Under the pieces are notes generated by a model. The model was not told the origin of the DNA. It searched no databases and was given only the letters and a program-made list of their open reading frames with translations. The translations under genes were made by a program, and so were the position numbers. DNA of 64,000 bases from an uncultured Desulfospira sp. (lineage in GTDB: Bacteria; Desulfobacterota; Desulfobacteria; Desulfobacterales; Desulfobacteraceae): positions 1,408,001-1,472,000 of the forward strand of contig OY760175.1 of NCBI GenBank assembly GCA_963663165.1. Reading direction: 5' to 3'. Positions 40,732 through 49,574 of this stretch are shown here, piece by piece. Each line of letters opens with the position of its first letter. The stretch's first letter is position 1.

Positions 40732-41367
40732 CTAATTAGGAATATGCACTTTCAAAGCTGGATAAACTGCTTTTGCGTAATCTTTCAGAATATTAAGGCT
40801 GTCCTCTTCGGTGGTTATGACAGGGGAAATCAATCGGACAAAGGACCCGTCAGTCCGGTTTTTCGTGATGGAGTCGATCACCAGCCAGATTTTTTGCATA
40901 TACTCTGAAGCGATGATCCTGCCCCGGGACTGAAACCAGTAAAGAACCACCATTTTTTCAGGTCCTTTGGCCAGCAGGAGTTTGATTACCTTTCCCGGCT
41001 GTCCGGTATCGTCCAGGACGACGGGGATCGCTGAGCTTTCAATGATATTCCATCCGGCACCCGGCATGCAGTTTTTGGGGGAATGGATAAGGTCCCCTTC
41101 CTTCTGGCTCTGGTAAAATCCCACATAAAGGTTGACCTGTTCACCCGATGTCTTCCGGTAATCGGCCATGATATAATCTTCAACCCCGAGAATGTTATAG
41201 ACTTTTTGATCCATCTGGCCTCTCGTCCCCTGCCAGGGGCCTATTGTCAGGGGGAATTCACTAAAAGGCTTATTGGGGGCAATCCGTTCGGAGTGGCTTG
41301 CCAATGCCGTCAGGCCTGCGGTGATCAGCAGGATGGCGACAATGATTATGGTTCGTTTAATGGTCAT
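40732..41367 (-). CDS. epsI: EpsI exosortase-associated protein
   Basis: FPLTIGPWQG, IHSPKNCMPGAGW and YWFQSRGR motifs. Confidence 0.9.
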   Translation of the reverse strand: MTIKRTIIIVAILLITAGLTALASHSERIAPNKPFSEFPLTIGPWQGTRGQMDQKVYNILGVEDYIMADYRKTSGEQVNLYVGFYQSQKEGDLIHSPKNCMPGAGWNIIESSAIPVVLDDTGQPGKVIKLLLAKGPEKMVVLYWFQSRGRIIASEYMQKIWLVIDSITKNRTDGSFVRLISPVITTEEDSLNILKDYAKAVYPALKVHIPN

Positions 41368-41377
41368 TATTTTTATA

Positions 41378-41459
41378 TGAGGGTACGGGATATGGGACCT
41401 GGGATTTGGGGTTACCTATCGGCACTCTCCGCAGGTCCCACGTCCCATATCCCATATCC
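41378..41459. repeat. Empty inverted heptamer-repeat hairpin
   Basis: GGGATAT GGGACCT GGGATTT ... GGTCCCA CGTCCCA TATCCCA TATCC. Confidence 0.8.
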
Positions 41460-41461
41460 GT

Positions 41462-42874
41462 TTAATCAAACAATTCTTTTTCCAAAGCCTTGCGTGACGG
41501 CATTTTATCCGGCCGAATCGGCTTTTCGGGAATCAGCCGGACAAAAAAGGTGATCACATTTTCTTCGTAGTCTTCGCGTCTGTCATCATCTGATCTGAAA
41601 TTGGTGTGGGTGGCTCTGAGGCTCAGCTGCATCCATTTAAAAGGACTCCAGGTCAGGCCGCCTCCAACTTCCAGGGTTTGATCCCTTCTGTCTACATCAT
41701 CTTCACTGAAATCCTGGAGTTTGTAGGAGCCATAAAGGCTTGAAGACATTCTCTTCATGAGCTGGTAATCCAGACTGAACCCGGCCTGGTAGTAAATATT
41801 ATATCCCAGGCTGCCGGCGTCTTCATCCCCCTCGTCATACCCGCTTGAGCCGGTGAGGGCTAATGAACCCCTTCTGCTGAAGTTAAAAATTTTATAGACA
41901 TCTATGTCTATAAAAGGATTCGTTGAATCATCATTTTCATTGTCCCATTCATGGAACTGAACACCAAACCCTATGGATATACCCGAGTCCTCATCAATGT
42001 CCCAGTCAAAGCCCACAGACGGGTGATAGATTTCGTGATTTCCATCGGATCTGTCTGACAGATAATGCCGGTATTTGATATACCCGTCAAAATGCCTGGA
42101 AAACCTCCTGATATACCGAATGTCTCCGCTGATGGTCTCGTAATCCCTGTCTGAAAAAGATTCGAACTCCTTATTTTCATACTCAAGGTTGGATTCGATA
42201 CCGTCCAGCCGGGTGAACCAGTATTTTACAAAGGCCGAGGGTTCCCAGCTGGCATACTCATCTTGATCTGAATTCTTGTATTCATCAAATTCATAGGTAA
42301 GATCCATTCCTATTGAATTTTTTCCCCCGAACTTCTTGGTGATCCTTGCCAGGGTAGTGTTGGTCTGGTGTTCTTTATAGTCACCGGTCCTGACCTGCTC
42401 ATCAAAACTGTTTGAATAGTCCTGTGAAAGATAAATCCCAACAGTTTCAGTCAACTGGCTGTCCAAAGTTACCGATGCTGTATGTTCCCAGGAGTCCCCG
42501 TCATTATTGCCGTCATGGCCGTCATACTCCAAGTCCGCCCCTATACTGGTGTGTTTTGTGGGCTGGAAATCGGCGTTCAAACTTAAATTATGGTCCAGGC
42601 TGTCCCTGTCATCCATGGAGTCATAATCTTCGTAAGCCGGATTATAGCCAAAGTAAACCCTGCTTTTTTTATTCAAAAACCCCACGGAAAACCCAAGTTC
42701 ATAGGTAGTGGTCCACTCTTCTTTTTTATTTGAATCTGTGTTGAAATAATTATCATTAAACTCTTCGGTTATGGTCAGCGTTGGTGTGATCTGGGTAATC
42801 ATCCTGGCCTGAACCGGAACAGCCGGCAATAGACAGACCAAAACAATCCATACATGTTGTTTTTTGAATTTCAT
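41462..42874 (-). CDS. Outer-membrane beta-barrel protein of the PEP-CTERM EPS export system
   Basis: Signal peptide, alternating beta-strand pattern and locus context; start MKFKKQH. Confidence 0.75.
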   Translation of the reverse strand: MKFKKQHVWIVLVCLLPAVPVQARMITQITPTLTITEEFNDNYFNTDSNKKEEWTTTYELGFSVGFLNKKSRVYFGYNPAYEDYDSMDDRDSLDHNLSLNADFQPTKHTSIGADLEYDGHDGNNDGDSWEHTASVTLDSQLTETVGIYLSQDYSNSFDEQVRTGDYKEHQTNTTLARITKKFGGKNSIGMDLTYEFDEYKNSDQDEYASWEPSAFVKYWFTRLDGIESNLEYENKEFESFSDRDYETISGDIRYIRRFSRHFDGYIKYRHYLSDRSDGNHEIYHPSVGFDWDIDEDSGISIGFGVQFHEWDNENDDSTNPFIDIDVYKIFNFSRRGSLALTGSSGYDEGDEDAGSLGYNIYYQAGFSLDYQLMKRMSSSLYGSYKLQDFSEDDVDRRDQTLEVGGGLTWSPFKWMQLSLRATHTNFRSDDDRREDYEENVITFFVRLIPEKPIRPDKMPSRKALEKELFD

Positions 42875-43003
42875 CAGCACATCTCCCCCCAAATATGATT
42901 CAAAAGGCCTGGATGGCGCCATATTTCGCGGTCCTAAAAAGCCTGAGCACACACACCTTCTCCACCCTCAAATCCCACATCCCACGTCCCATATCTCTAC
43001 CTA

Positions 43004-43591
43004 TCAAGGCACAATAATAATATCATCCGCCTTTAACTGGATATCTTTTTCAAGTTTTCCTTTAGTGATATCATCATAATCTATTTTAATCATCTGTTCT
43101 TTTCCGCCACTTCTGCGAAACAGGATAATTTCGTCCTTGGATGCCCACTCCGTAAACCCCTTGGCAAGGGCAAAGGCCTGGACAACGGTCAGTTTTTTAA
43201 TCAATGGATATTCCCCAACCCCCTGAACCTCGCCCAGAATATAATATTTCTGGCTTATGGGGTTTGCCAGGGTAACTGTAACGGTTGGCGCTTCAACAAA
43301 CTCCACCAGTTTCTCCTGGATGGCCTCTTTAAGTTCCATGGTGGTTTTTCCCTGAGCCTGAAGGTCGTCCAGAAGCGGAAAGGTAATTTTCCCATCGTTT
43401 CGTACCATGAGACCCTCAAACGAAAGATCCTCTTCTTTCCAGGTGCTAATTTTGAGTACATCCCCAATCCCGATTTTATAGTCAGGAGAAGATGGGGCAT
43501 CCTGGGAAAATCCGGTTTCAACCATAAATGAAAACAAAAAAGCCAAGGACAAAAACACCGGAAATATTCTAACCCGCCTAATCTTAAACAT
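43004..43591 (-). CDS. Polysaccharide export protein (Wza-like, poly-export/SLBB)
   Basis: YKIGIGDVL, DGKITFPLL and ADDIIIVP motifs; likely start MFKIRR. Confidence 0.9.
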   Translation of the reverse strand: MFKIRRVRIFPVFLSLAFLFSFMVETGFSQDAPSSPDYKIGIGDVLKISTWKEEDLSFEGLMVRNDGKITFPLLDDLQAQGKTTMELKEAIQEKLVEFVEAPTVTVTLANPISQKYYILGEVQGVGEYPLIKKLTVVQAFALAKGFTEWASKDEIILFRRSGGKEQMIKIDYDDITKGKLEKDIQLKADDIIIVP

Positions 43592-43709
43592 AGCTCCGCC
43601 CTTTCGATTACATCGAATATCTTTGTTATAGAAATCTTGATTTGAAATTTGGATTTTACAAGGGAGTTTCACTCCCCCATCTCCCAAATCCCATACCCCA
43701 AGTCCCTTG

Positions 43710-45104
43710 TTATCTTGCCCCTCTCCCAAAAAGCACGGTTTTAACCGTCTTCATGATAATGACGATATCAAGCATCAGGGACATGTTTTTAATATAAAAA
43801 AGTTCGTAATTTAATTTTTCAACTGCATCTTCAATGGTCGCCCCGTAGTCATAGCAGACCTGGGCCCAGCCGGTAAGCCCGGGTTTTACGTTAAACCTCT
43901 GACTGTAAAAGGGAATCTGCTGTTCAAGCTGGTCTGTAAAATGTTTTCGCTCAGGCCTTGGGCCCACCATACTCATTTTACCGCAAAGGACCTCCCAAAG
44001 CTGGGGCAGTTCATCAATCCGGTATTTTCGGATAACCCGGCCCACCCGGGTGATCCGGGTGTCATTCTCCCCGGCCCAGACCGGCCCGGTCTTTTTCTCG
44101 GCATCGGCCACCATGGAACGGAATTTATGCATCATATACTCTTTTTTCCCTTTGCCTACCCGGTCTTGAGAAAACAATATTGGCCCTTTGGAATCAAGTT
44201 TGATCAAAATCGCTGTTATGATAAGAAGGGGGGACAAAAGGAGCAACATGATTGTTGACAAAATAATGTCTTCAATTCTTTTAAAAGTGGATTTTAATCT
44301 GGATTTTTGAAATCCCTCCGAAAAAATTAACCAGGAAGGATTGATATTTTTAACCAGAACCTTTCCGGCCAGCATTTCATAAAAAGAAGAGCCTTCCAGC
44401 ACTTCAATGCCTGCTGTTCTGCATTGCACCAGCTCGTCAACAGGGAAATACCCTCTTTTTTCTTTGAGTGCGACAACAATTTTATCAACATTGTTTTTGA
44501 TTGCAAGAGAATAAAGGGTGTTATCTCCCATTGGGGTAATCAAATTTTCAGGGACGTCCAGCGCATCAACATCTGTATTGGGACCTGGAATAATGCCCGT
44601 TACTTCATATCCGCAATCTATGGCCCCTGATACTCTGGTGTATATTTTTCGGGCAAGGTCACTTGCCCCTAAGATAATGATTTTTTTATTAAACATGCCG
44701 CGGTTGAGCAAATGGATATATCCTACCCGCCACAGGATAATAAACACCATTAGCAACAGAATACTTAGCATATAAATGCGCTGATCCAGAATCACCAGGG
44801 GAAAAATATAATAAATCAGAGCCAATGCAATGGAAGCAATCCCAAGGGCCTGGAGCAGCCGGACGGAAATTTCAGGCACACTGGAGATAATATCAAAATC
44901 ATACAGGTCATTATAATACAGACAGGTCTGGCAAATAATCGTAATCAGGGCAATTCTAAATAAAAGTAAAAAATCAAACCAATAAGAGCTTGAAAACGTC
45001 AGCAGGACCGATGAAACAAGAAAGGTGCCAAAGATAATAAGGCCTTCAAGCACAAGAAAAATCATGTTCCTGATGGGGAAATATTGTCTTAAAATTCTTA
45101 ACAC
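43710..45104 (-). CDS. Undecaprenyl-phosphate sugar phosphotransferase (PEP-CTERM-associated)
   Basis: KFRSM, DTRITRVG, DELPQL, VGPRPE and KPGLTGWAQ motifs. Confidence 0.93.
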   Translation of the reverse strand: MLRILRQYFPIRNMIFLVLEGLIIFGTFLVSSVLLTFSSSYWFDFLLLFRIALITIICQTCLYYNDLYDFDIISSVPEISVRLLQALGIASIALALIYYIFPLVILDQRIYMLSILLLMVFIILWRVGYIHLLNRGMFNKKIIILGASDLARKIYTRVSGAIDCGYEVTGIIPGPNTDVDALDVPENLITPMGDNTLYSLAIKNNVDKIVVALKEKRGYFPVDELVQCRTAGIEVLEGSSFYEMLAGKVLVKNINPSWLIFSEGFQKSRLKSTFKRIEDIILSTIMLLLLSPLLIITAILIKLDSKGPILFSQDRVGKGKKEYMMHKFRSMVADAEKKTGPVWAGENDTRITRVGRVIRKYRIDELPQLWEVLCGKMSMVGPRPERKHFTDQLEQQIPFYSQRFNVKPGLTGWAQVCYDYGATIEDAVEKLNYELFYIKNMSLMLDIVIIMKTVKTVLFGRGAR

Positions 45105-45125
45105 CGGCTTAACCTCATCGCTTTT

Positions 45126-46040
45126 TTACTGGGTATAGCCATATCCGTATTTTTTATACCCATACCCGTACCCTATGGTTTTTTTGGAAAAGTTAGTGAT
45201 AACCCCCAGAATCTTTTCTCTTCCGTATATGTCCACAATATCCTGAACTTCTTTGATCCTGGTTTTACCGTGCCTGACCACTATCACGATACCATCAACG
45301 TATCTGGCAATGGCATTGGTCTCCGAAGTAATATAAGGCGGCGGGGTGTCAATGATGATGTATCTGTCGCTGTACCTGAGCTTGACCTCATGGAGCATTC
45401 GCCTCATCTGCTCAGATGACAACAGCTCTGACGGGTTTGAAGGAACAGGCCCCCCGGGCAGAATAGTCAGCTTACTGACAAATGTTTTATGCATAACCGA
45501 AGACAAGGGTGCCCCGGCAGACAGATAATCACTTAACCCCTTAATCTTCCTGCCCTCCAACCCAAACAGGGAATGAACGGTCGGGGACCTGAGGTCACAA
45601 TCCATTAAAAGAACATATTCGTCAATGCTTTGGGCCATGCTGATGGCCAGATTGGCGGAAACAAAGGACTTTCCTTCATGGGGAGAGGGGCTGGTAATCA
45701 TTATGGTCCGGGCCGGTTCCCCGTGTTCAGGAAAAAGAATATTGGTTTTTAACAGCCTGAACTGTTCCGCTGCCGGGGAATATGGTTTTAAAAGGGTGAT
45801 CAGTGCCGGATTTAAATCGACTGGGATTGATTCAATCTCCCGAATTTGATGGTCAGTTGTCTCATTTGCCTCATGGTCACCGTCCGTTTCAACTTCGTCA
45901 ACCAGCCCGTTTGCTGAAACGCTTTCAGTCACATCCGGTTCTTCGTGAGAACTGCCGATCACCGGTTCCTCACCGTCATGGATATGTTGTTCGGATTTTT
46001 CCAGCGCCTTGAATATTTTCCCCAAAATGCGTTCCCCCAA
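45126..46040 (-). CDS. BY-kinase (polysaccharide tyrosine autokinase)
   Basis: EGKS Walker A, DCDLR, IDTPP; C-terminal Tyr cluster YGYGYKKYGYGY. Confidence 0.93.
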   Translation of the reverse strand: MGERILGKIFKALEKSEQHIHDGEEPVIGSSHEEPDVTESVSANGLVDEVETDGDHEANETTDHQIREIESIPVDLNPALITLLKPYSPAAEQFRLLKTNILFPEHGEPARTIMITSPSPHEGKSFVSANLAISMAQSIDEYVLLMDCDLRSPTVHSLFGLEGRKIKGLSDYLSAGAPLSSVMHKTFVSKLTILPGGPVPSNPSELLSSEQMRRMLHEVKLRYSDRYIIIDTPPPYITSETNAIARYVDGIVIVVRHGKTRIKEVQDIVDIYGREKILGVITNFSKKTIGYGYGYKKYGYGYTQ

Positions 46041-46042
46041 AG

Positions 46043-47707
46043 TTAAGACATAATGTGCATTTTAATAAAGTTGAGGGTCCTGTCCAAACCCTTTTGGTTT
46101 AAAATAATAAAAAACCCTAAGAACACAGCCGCATAGATACAGCATCCAGTAAAAACAAATGCTTTTATCCGGGTTCTGGCCCTGTCCGACGGTTTTTCCA
46201 AGGGAGGAATTACCGCCAGGATATGAAGCCCCAGGGTCTTTTCAATCTGCTCATCCCGTCTGATTACCGAGATGTTCAACATTTCCAGTAAAAAGACAAT
46301 GCCGCCGCCAATACCTGCCCCGCCGGCAATTGAAAGCAGGAAAAACAGCTTCACATTGGGGGAAATGGGTTTTTCAGGAAGGCGGGCATAATCAAGAATT
46401 CTAAACTGCTCCCCTTTCTGCTTTTTTTCCATATTTACCGAAAGCTCGGCTTCCAGCTTCCGGTCTAAAAGAGAGTTGTATATCTCCTGTATATTGGAAT
46501 AGTCCCGCTTCAGGGACTGGAGTTCCAGCTCTCGTTTAGGCGTATCTTCCACCCGCTGCTGGTAGATTTTCATCTTGTTTTCAATATCGGCAATGTCGGA
46601 CTCAAGTTTCTGAATCTCATTTTTCATTTGCGTTAACTGAGTCTCTTGCTGCATGGCTGCAAAATTGGGCATTGCCCCAAAATCTTTTTCAATGCTCTCC
46701 TCTTCCGGAATTGTTTCCTCTCCTGCCAGTGCCTTTTCTTCTTCAAGGGCTTTTTGCTGTTCTGCAATGGATTTTTCCAGATTTTCCATGATTTTTTTTA
46801 ATTTAGCCACATCCGGATGCTTTTCCGTGTATCGTAACAGAAGATTTTCATATTGTTCTTTAACTGAGGCCAGTTTCTTTTCATCTTCCGATTCCATCCT
46901 GGTATCATCTTCAAAATCAAAACTGCTGAAGGAATCATCAAAAGACTGGGATGCCATTTGCCTGGACTGGGCGATCTGGGTTTGCAGCATTTTCAACGAA
47001 TTATTGGCATCCCTTAACAGGGTGCCTTTTTCTGTGAGCTGCTGCTGAAGCCGGTCCAGGGTTCTTAAATTGGTTTCAAGCTCGTCGGGCAGGCCGCCCA
47101 GATACTTTGCCCGGTACGCCGCCAATTTTTGTTCACGTTCTTCCAGACGTTTCTTGGTTTTTTCCAGCTCTGAATCTAAAAACTCACTGGTGCCGATGGC
47201 CTGGGCCTCACGCACTTTAAGGTTTTCATCCATAAAATAGCTGGCCAGGGTATTGGCGATGCGCATCACCCGCTGAGGCTCCTGCCCTGTAAAGGATATG
47301 GAAAAAGCTTCTGCCCCGTCCCTGGCCCGTTCGATTTTAACGTTTATTTTTTTGCGCATGGATGCAATCTTGTCTTCTAAGTACATGCTCTCTTCATCGG
47401 CGAACAGGCCGAACTGATCAATAATTTTTTCCAGATTGCTCCGGCTTAGGATCTGCTGGGAAATGGTGCTGATCCGCTGACTGATAGTAGAAGTAACAAC
47501 GGATTGAACATAGTTGGTAGGGACCCGCTGGGGCTGAACCAGGATCAGGGTAGAGGCCTCATAGACCTTGTCCGCGGTCAGAGTCATAAAAAGACCTGCG
47601 GTTAAGGATATGCAAAGGGGGATGATGATGATCCATTTACCGCGGATGATGGTGTCCAGGATTTGATCCGGCTTGATCTGGGCCGGTGCTTGAAAGGGTT
47701 CTGCCAT
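46043..47707 (-). CDS. Polysaccharide chain-length determinant (GumC/Wzc N-terminal part)
   Basis: Two TM helices, long coiled coil, ARLPEKPISP motif. Confidence 0.9.
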   Translation of the reverse strand: MAEPFQAPAQIKPDQILDTIIRGKWIIIIPLCISLTAGLFMTLTADKVYEASTLILVQPQRVPTNYVQSVVTSTISQRISTISQQILSRSNLEKIIDQFGLFADEESMYLEDKIASMRKKINVKIERARDGAEAFSISFTGQEPQRVMRIANTLASYFMDENLKVREAQAIGTSEFLDSELEKTKKRLEEREQKLAAYRAKYLGGLPDELETNLRTLDRLQQQLTEKGTLLRDANNSLKMLQTQIAQSRQMASQSFDDSFSSFDFEDDTRMESEDEKKLASVKEQYENLLLRYTEKHPDVAKLKKIMENLEKSIAEQQKALEEEKALAGEETIPEEESIEKDFGAMPNFAAMQQETQLTQMKNEIQKLESDIADIENKMKIYQQRVEDTPKRELELQSLKRDYSNIQEIYNSLLDRKLEAELSVNMEKKQKGEQFRILDYARLPEKPISPNVKLFFLLSIAGGAGIGGGIVFLLEMLNISVIRRDEQIEKTLGLHILAVIPPLEKPSDRARTRIKAFVFTGCCIYAAVFLGFFIILNQKGLDRTLNFIKMHIMS

Positions 47708-48235
47708 CTTAATCCTAAATTATAAGTTAATCCTGTTAAAATGTTTTAGGCACGACCGCCTGTCGATGTATAACAGGTTCTTCCTCAGGTGTATGTTTCC
47801 CGGTTTCAACACCCAAAACCGGACACCCCGGAACTTCCAACAGCCATAACCTAAACAGAATCTTCATTCTTCTATCAAGTTTGGGGCTTTTGTCAACGGT
47901 TTAGTCGCTGAAATCCCTATTAATCATGTTTTTCTAACGTTTCTTTAAATCTTAAGGGCGGCGTGGAACCCAAACCGGGATCCCATGCCTGGGCATTTTA
48001 TTCCGCTGCTTTCTATTTTACACACCTAAAGGAAGCAATGCTTGATCTAACTTTACTGAACCATCCTGCGTTATTGACACAATCGATATTCGTAATTAAA
48101 GCAATTTTCATACCAATACACTCAAACCGATATAAAACGATGATTCCCCGGTGGAAGGCTTGTTTCAGGTCCCGATTCTCCGATTAAAAAAGCGGGCACC
48201 GGGCAAGAAAGGACTTTTTTTGGCAATACCGTGAC

Positions 48236-48273
48236 AAAAAAAAACAGGCTGTAGCGTTATTTCCTACAGCCTG
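48236..48273 (-). terminator. Intrinsic terminator after the PEP-CTERM gene
   Basis: CAGGCTGTAG/CTACAGCCTG stem followed by a T9 run on the minus strand. Confidence 0.8.
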
Positions 48274-48353
48274 CCTTCTTCAAATTAATGGGATGGATAA
48301 TGAGGGTTGTCTTTTAAAGTATGCCCAGGATCGGATTGATCGGATTTAAAACC

Positions 48354-49259
48354 CTAAGCTTGAAACCGCTTTCTGCCAAAAATGCTGGCACCGATAAGAC
48401 CGAAACCGAACAGAAGCAGGGTTTCGGGTTCAGGTACGGGAGATTCAGGGTCATTGCTTGACGTTGAGGGGATATCAGACCTGGCTGCAAGAAAGTCATT
48501 ACCGCATGACGGCTGCCAGTACATGGTGACGGAATCATAATCTGAAATCGTTATACCGGCCATAGTGGATAATATATTTGACAACTCAGTGAAGCTGATG
48601 GCTGCTTCCAATGTATACCGCCCGTTATAAGTTTCATGATTCCAATAATTTTCATCATACCCCAGGCTGAGTTTCCCTACATCTTCAAATGTATGAAGCA
48701 CAGTCCCGGTTTTTTCCCAATCCTTACCAAAATTGTCATAGTCGCTTGTTGTAGATCCCGTCATACCGCTGCCGGCGAGTAAACGCAAATCAACGTTGCC
48801 ATCTCCATCAATTGTAAAATCAAATGCAAAGTCATCGCTATCTACATTATCGGCAAAGGTTGCATCAAAAGATCCATTAGATGATTGATCGAAGTTGAAT
48901 ATAAAATCACCGGCAAGTACGCCTGTGGCATTCGATCCCGTTGTTTTATTAAGGTTAAACTCCGTCTGCAAACCGATATACAAGGTGTCGGTGCTTATAT
49001 ACAGGCCTAATTCTTCCACATCGTAGTCGTTATTCCCCGCCGCATATTGCTCTTCAACGCTCACATTGGTCAGGTTCGTTGATTTATTGAACCCGTTGGT
49101 GAAATTGGTTATTTTGTCGGATCCAAGAGTCCCCCAGTCCAGAGAAGAGTTGCTATACGACATATAACCGTCAGAAACATTAGGCGCTGCAAACGCCCCG
49201 GAAGAAAAAATAAAGACTGCTGTCAAGCTGAACATCAAAATTCTCATTAATTGTTTCAT
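48354..49259 (-). CDS. PEP-CTERM sorting-domain surface protein
   Basis: Signal peptide; C-terminal VPEPETLLLFGFGLIGASIFGRKR; Ser/Thr/Asp-rich. Confidence 0.95.
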   Translation of the reverse strand: MKQLMRILMFSLTAVFIFSSGAFAAPNVSDGYMSYSNSSLDWGTLGSDKITNFTNGFNKSTNLTNVSVEEQYAAGNNDYDVEELGLYISTDTLYIGLQTEFNLNKTTGSNATGVLAGDFIFNFDQSSNGSFDATFADNVDSDDFAFDFTIDGDGNVDLRLLAGSGMTGSTTSDYDNFGKDWEKTGTVLHTFEDVGKLSLGYDENYWNHETYNGRYTLEAAISFTELSNILSTMAGITISDYDSVTMYWQPSCGNDFLAARSDIPSTSSNDPESPVPEPETLLLFGFGLIGASIFGRKRFQA

Positions 49260-49330
49260 TATCCTATACCTTTAATTAATAGTGACACTGTTTATAAATA
49301 ATTTATTAATTCAAATGTAAAAATCTATAT

Positions 49331-49346
49331 TGCAACCTTAGTGCCA
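49331..49346 (-). promoter_or_regulatory. Sigma54 (-24/-12) promoter
   Basis: TGGCAC-TAAGG-TTGCA about 70 bp upstream of the PEP-CTERM ATG. Confidence 0.9.
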
Positions 49347-49483
49347 TTAAACACATAAAAATAAAATAAAAAACAAAATGATTAAAAAACACCTATATTT
49401 CAATTGGTTATATTTATCTTTTTTTTCGTCCTATAAAAAAAACTTGGCCCAAAAGTCTCTGGATGTTTCGAAAATCGGCCATA

Positions 49484-49546
49484 TGAGAAAAATTTTTCAC
49501 AATCATGAGAAAAAATTTTCACAATTTCTAGGAGAAATTTTTCACA
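49484..49546. promoter_or_regulatory. Three tandem palindromic enhancer-like boxes
   Basis: TGAGAAAAATTTTTCACA-like 18-mers at 49484, 49506 and 49529. Confidence 0.7.
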
Positions 49547-49574
49547 CCTGGAGAAAACCACAGAGATAATAGGG

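Noticed and set aside
47750..47762. ops/JUMPstart-like GGCGGTCGTG in the EPS operon leader
   Set aside because: Lacks the conserved AG of GGCGGTAG; no NusG paralog in the window
47963..48230. Riboswitch or small ORF between the PEP-CTERM gene and the chain-length gene
   Set aside because: No recognisable riboswitch consensus or RBS-supported ORF by eye; an Rfam/Infernal scan would be needed
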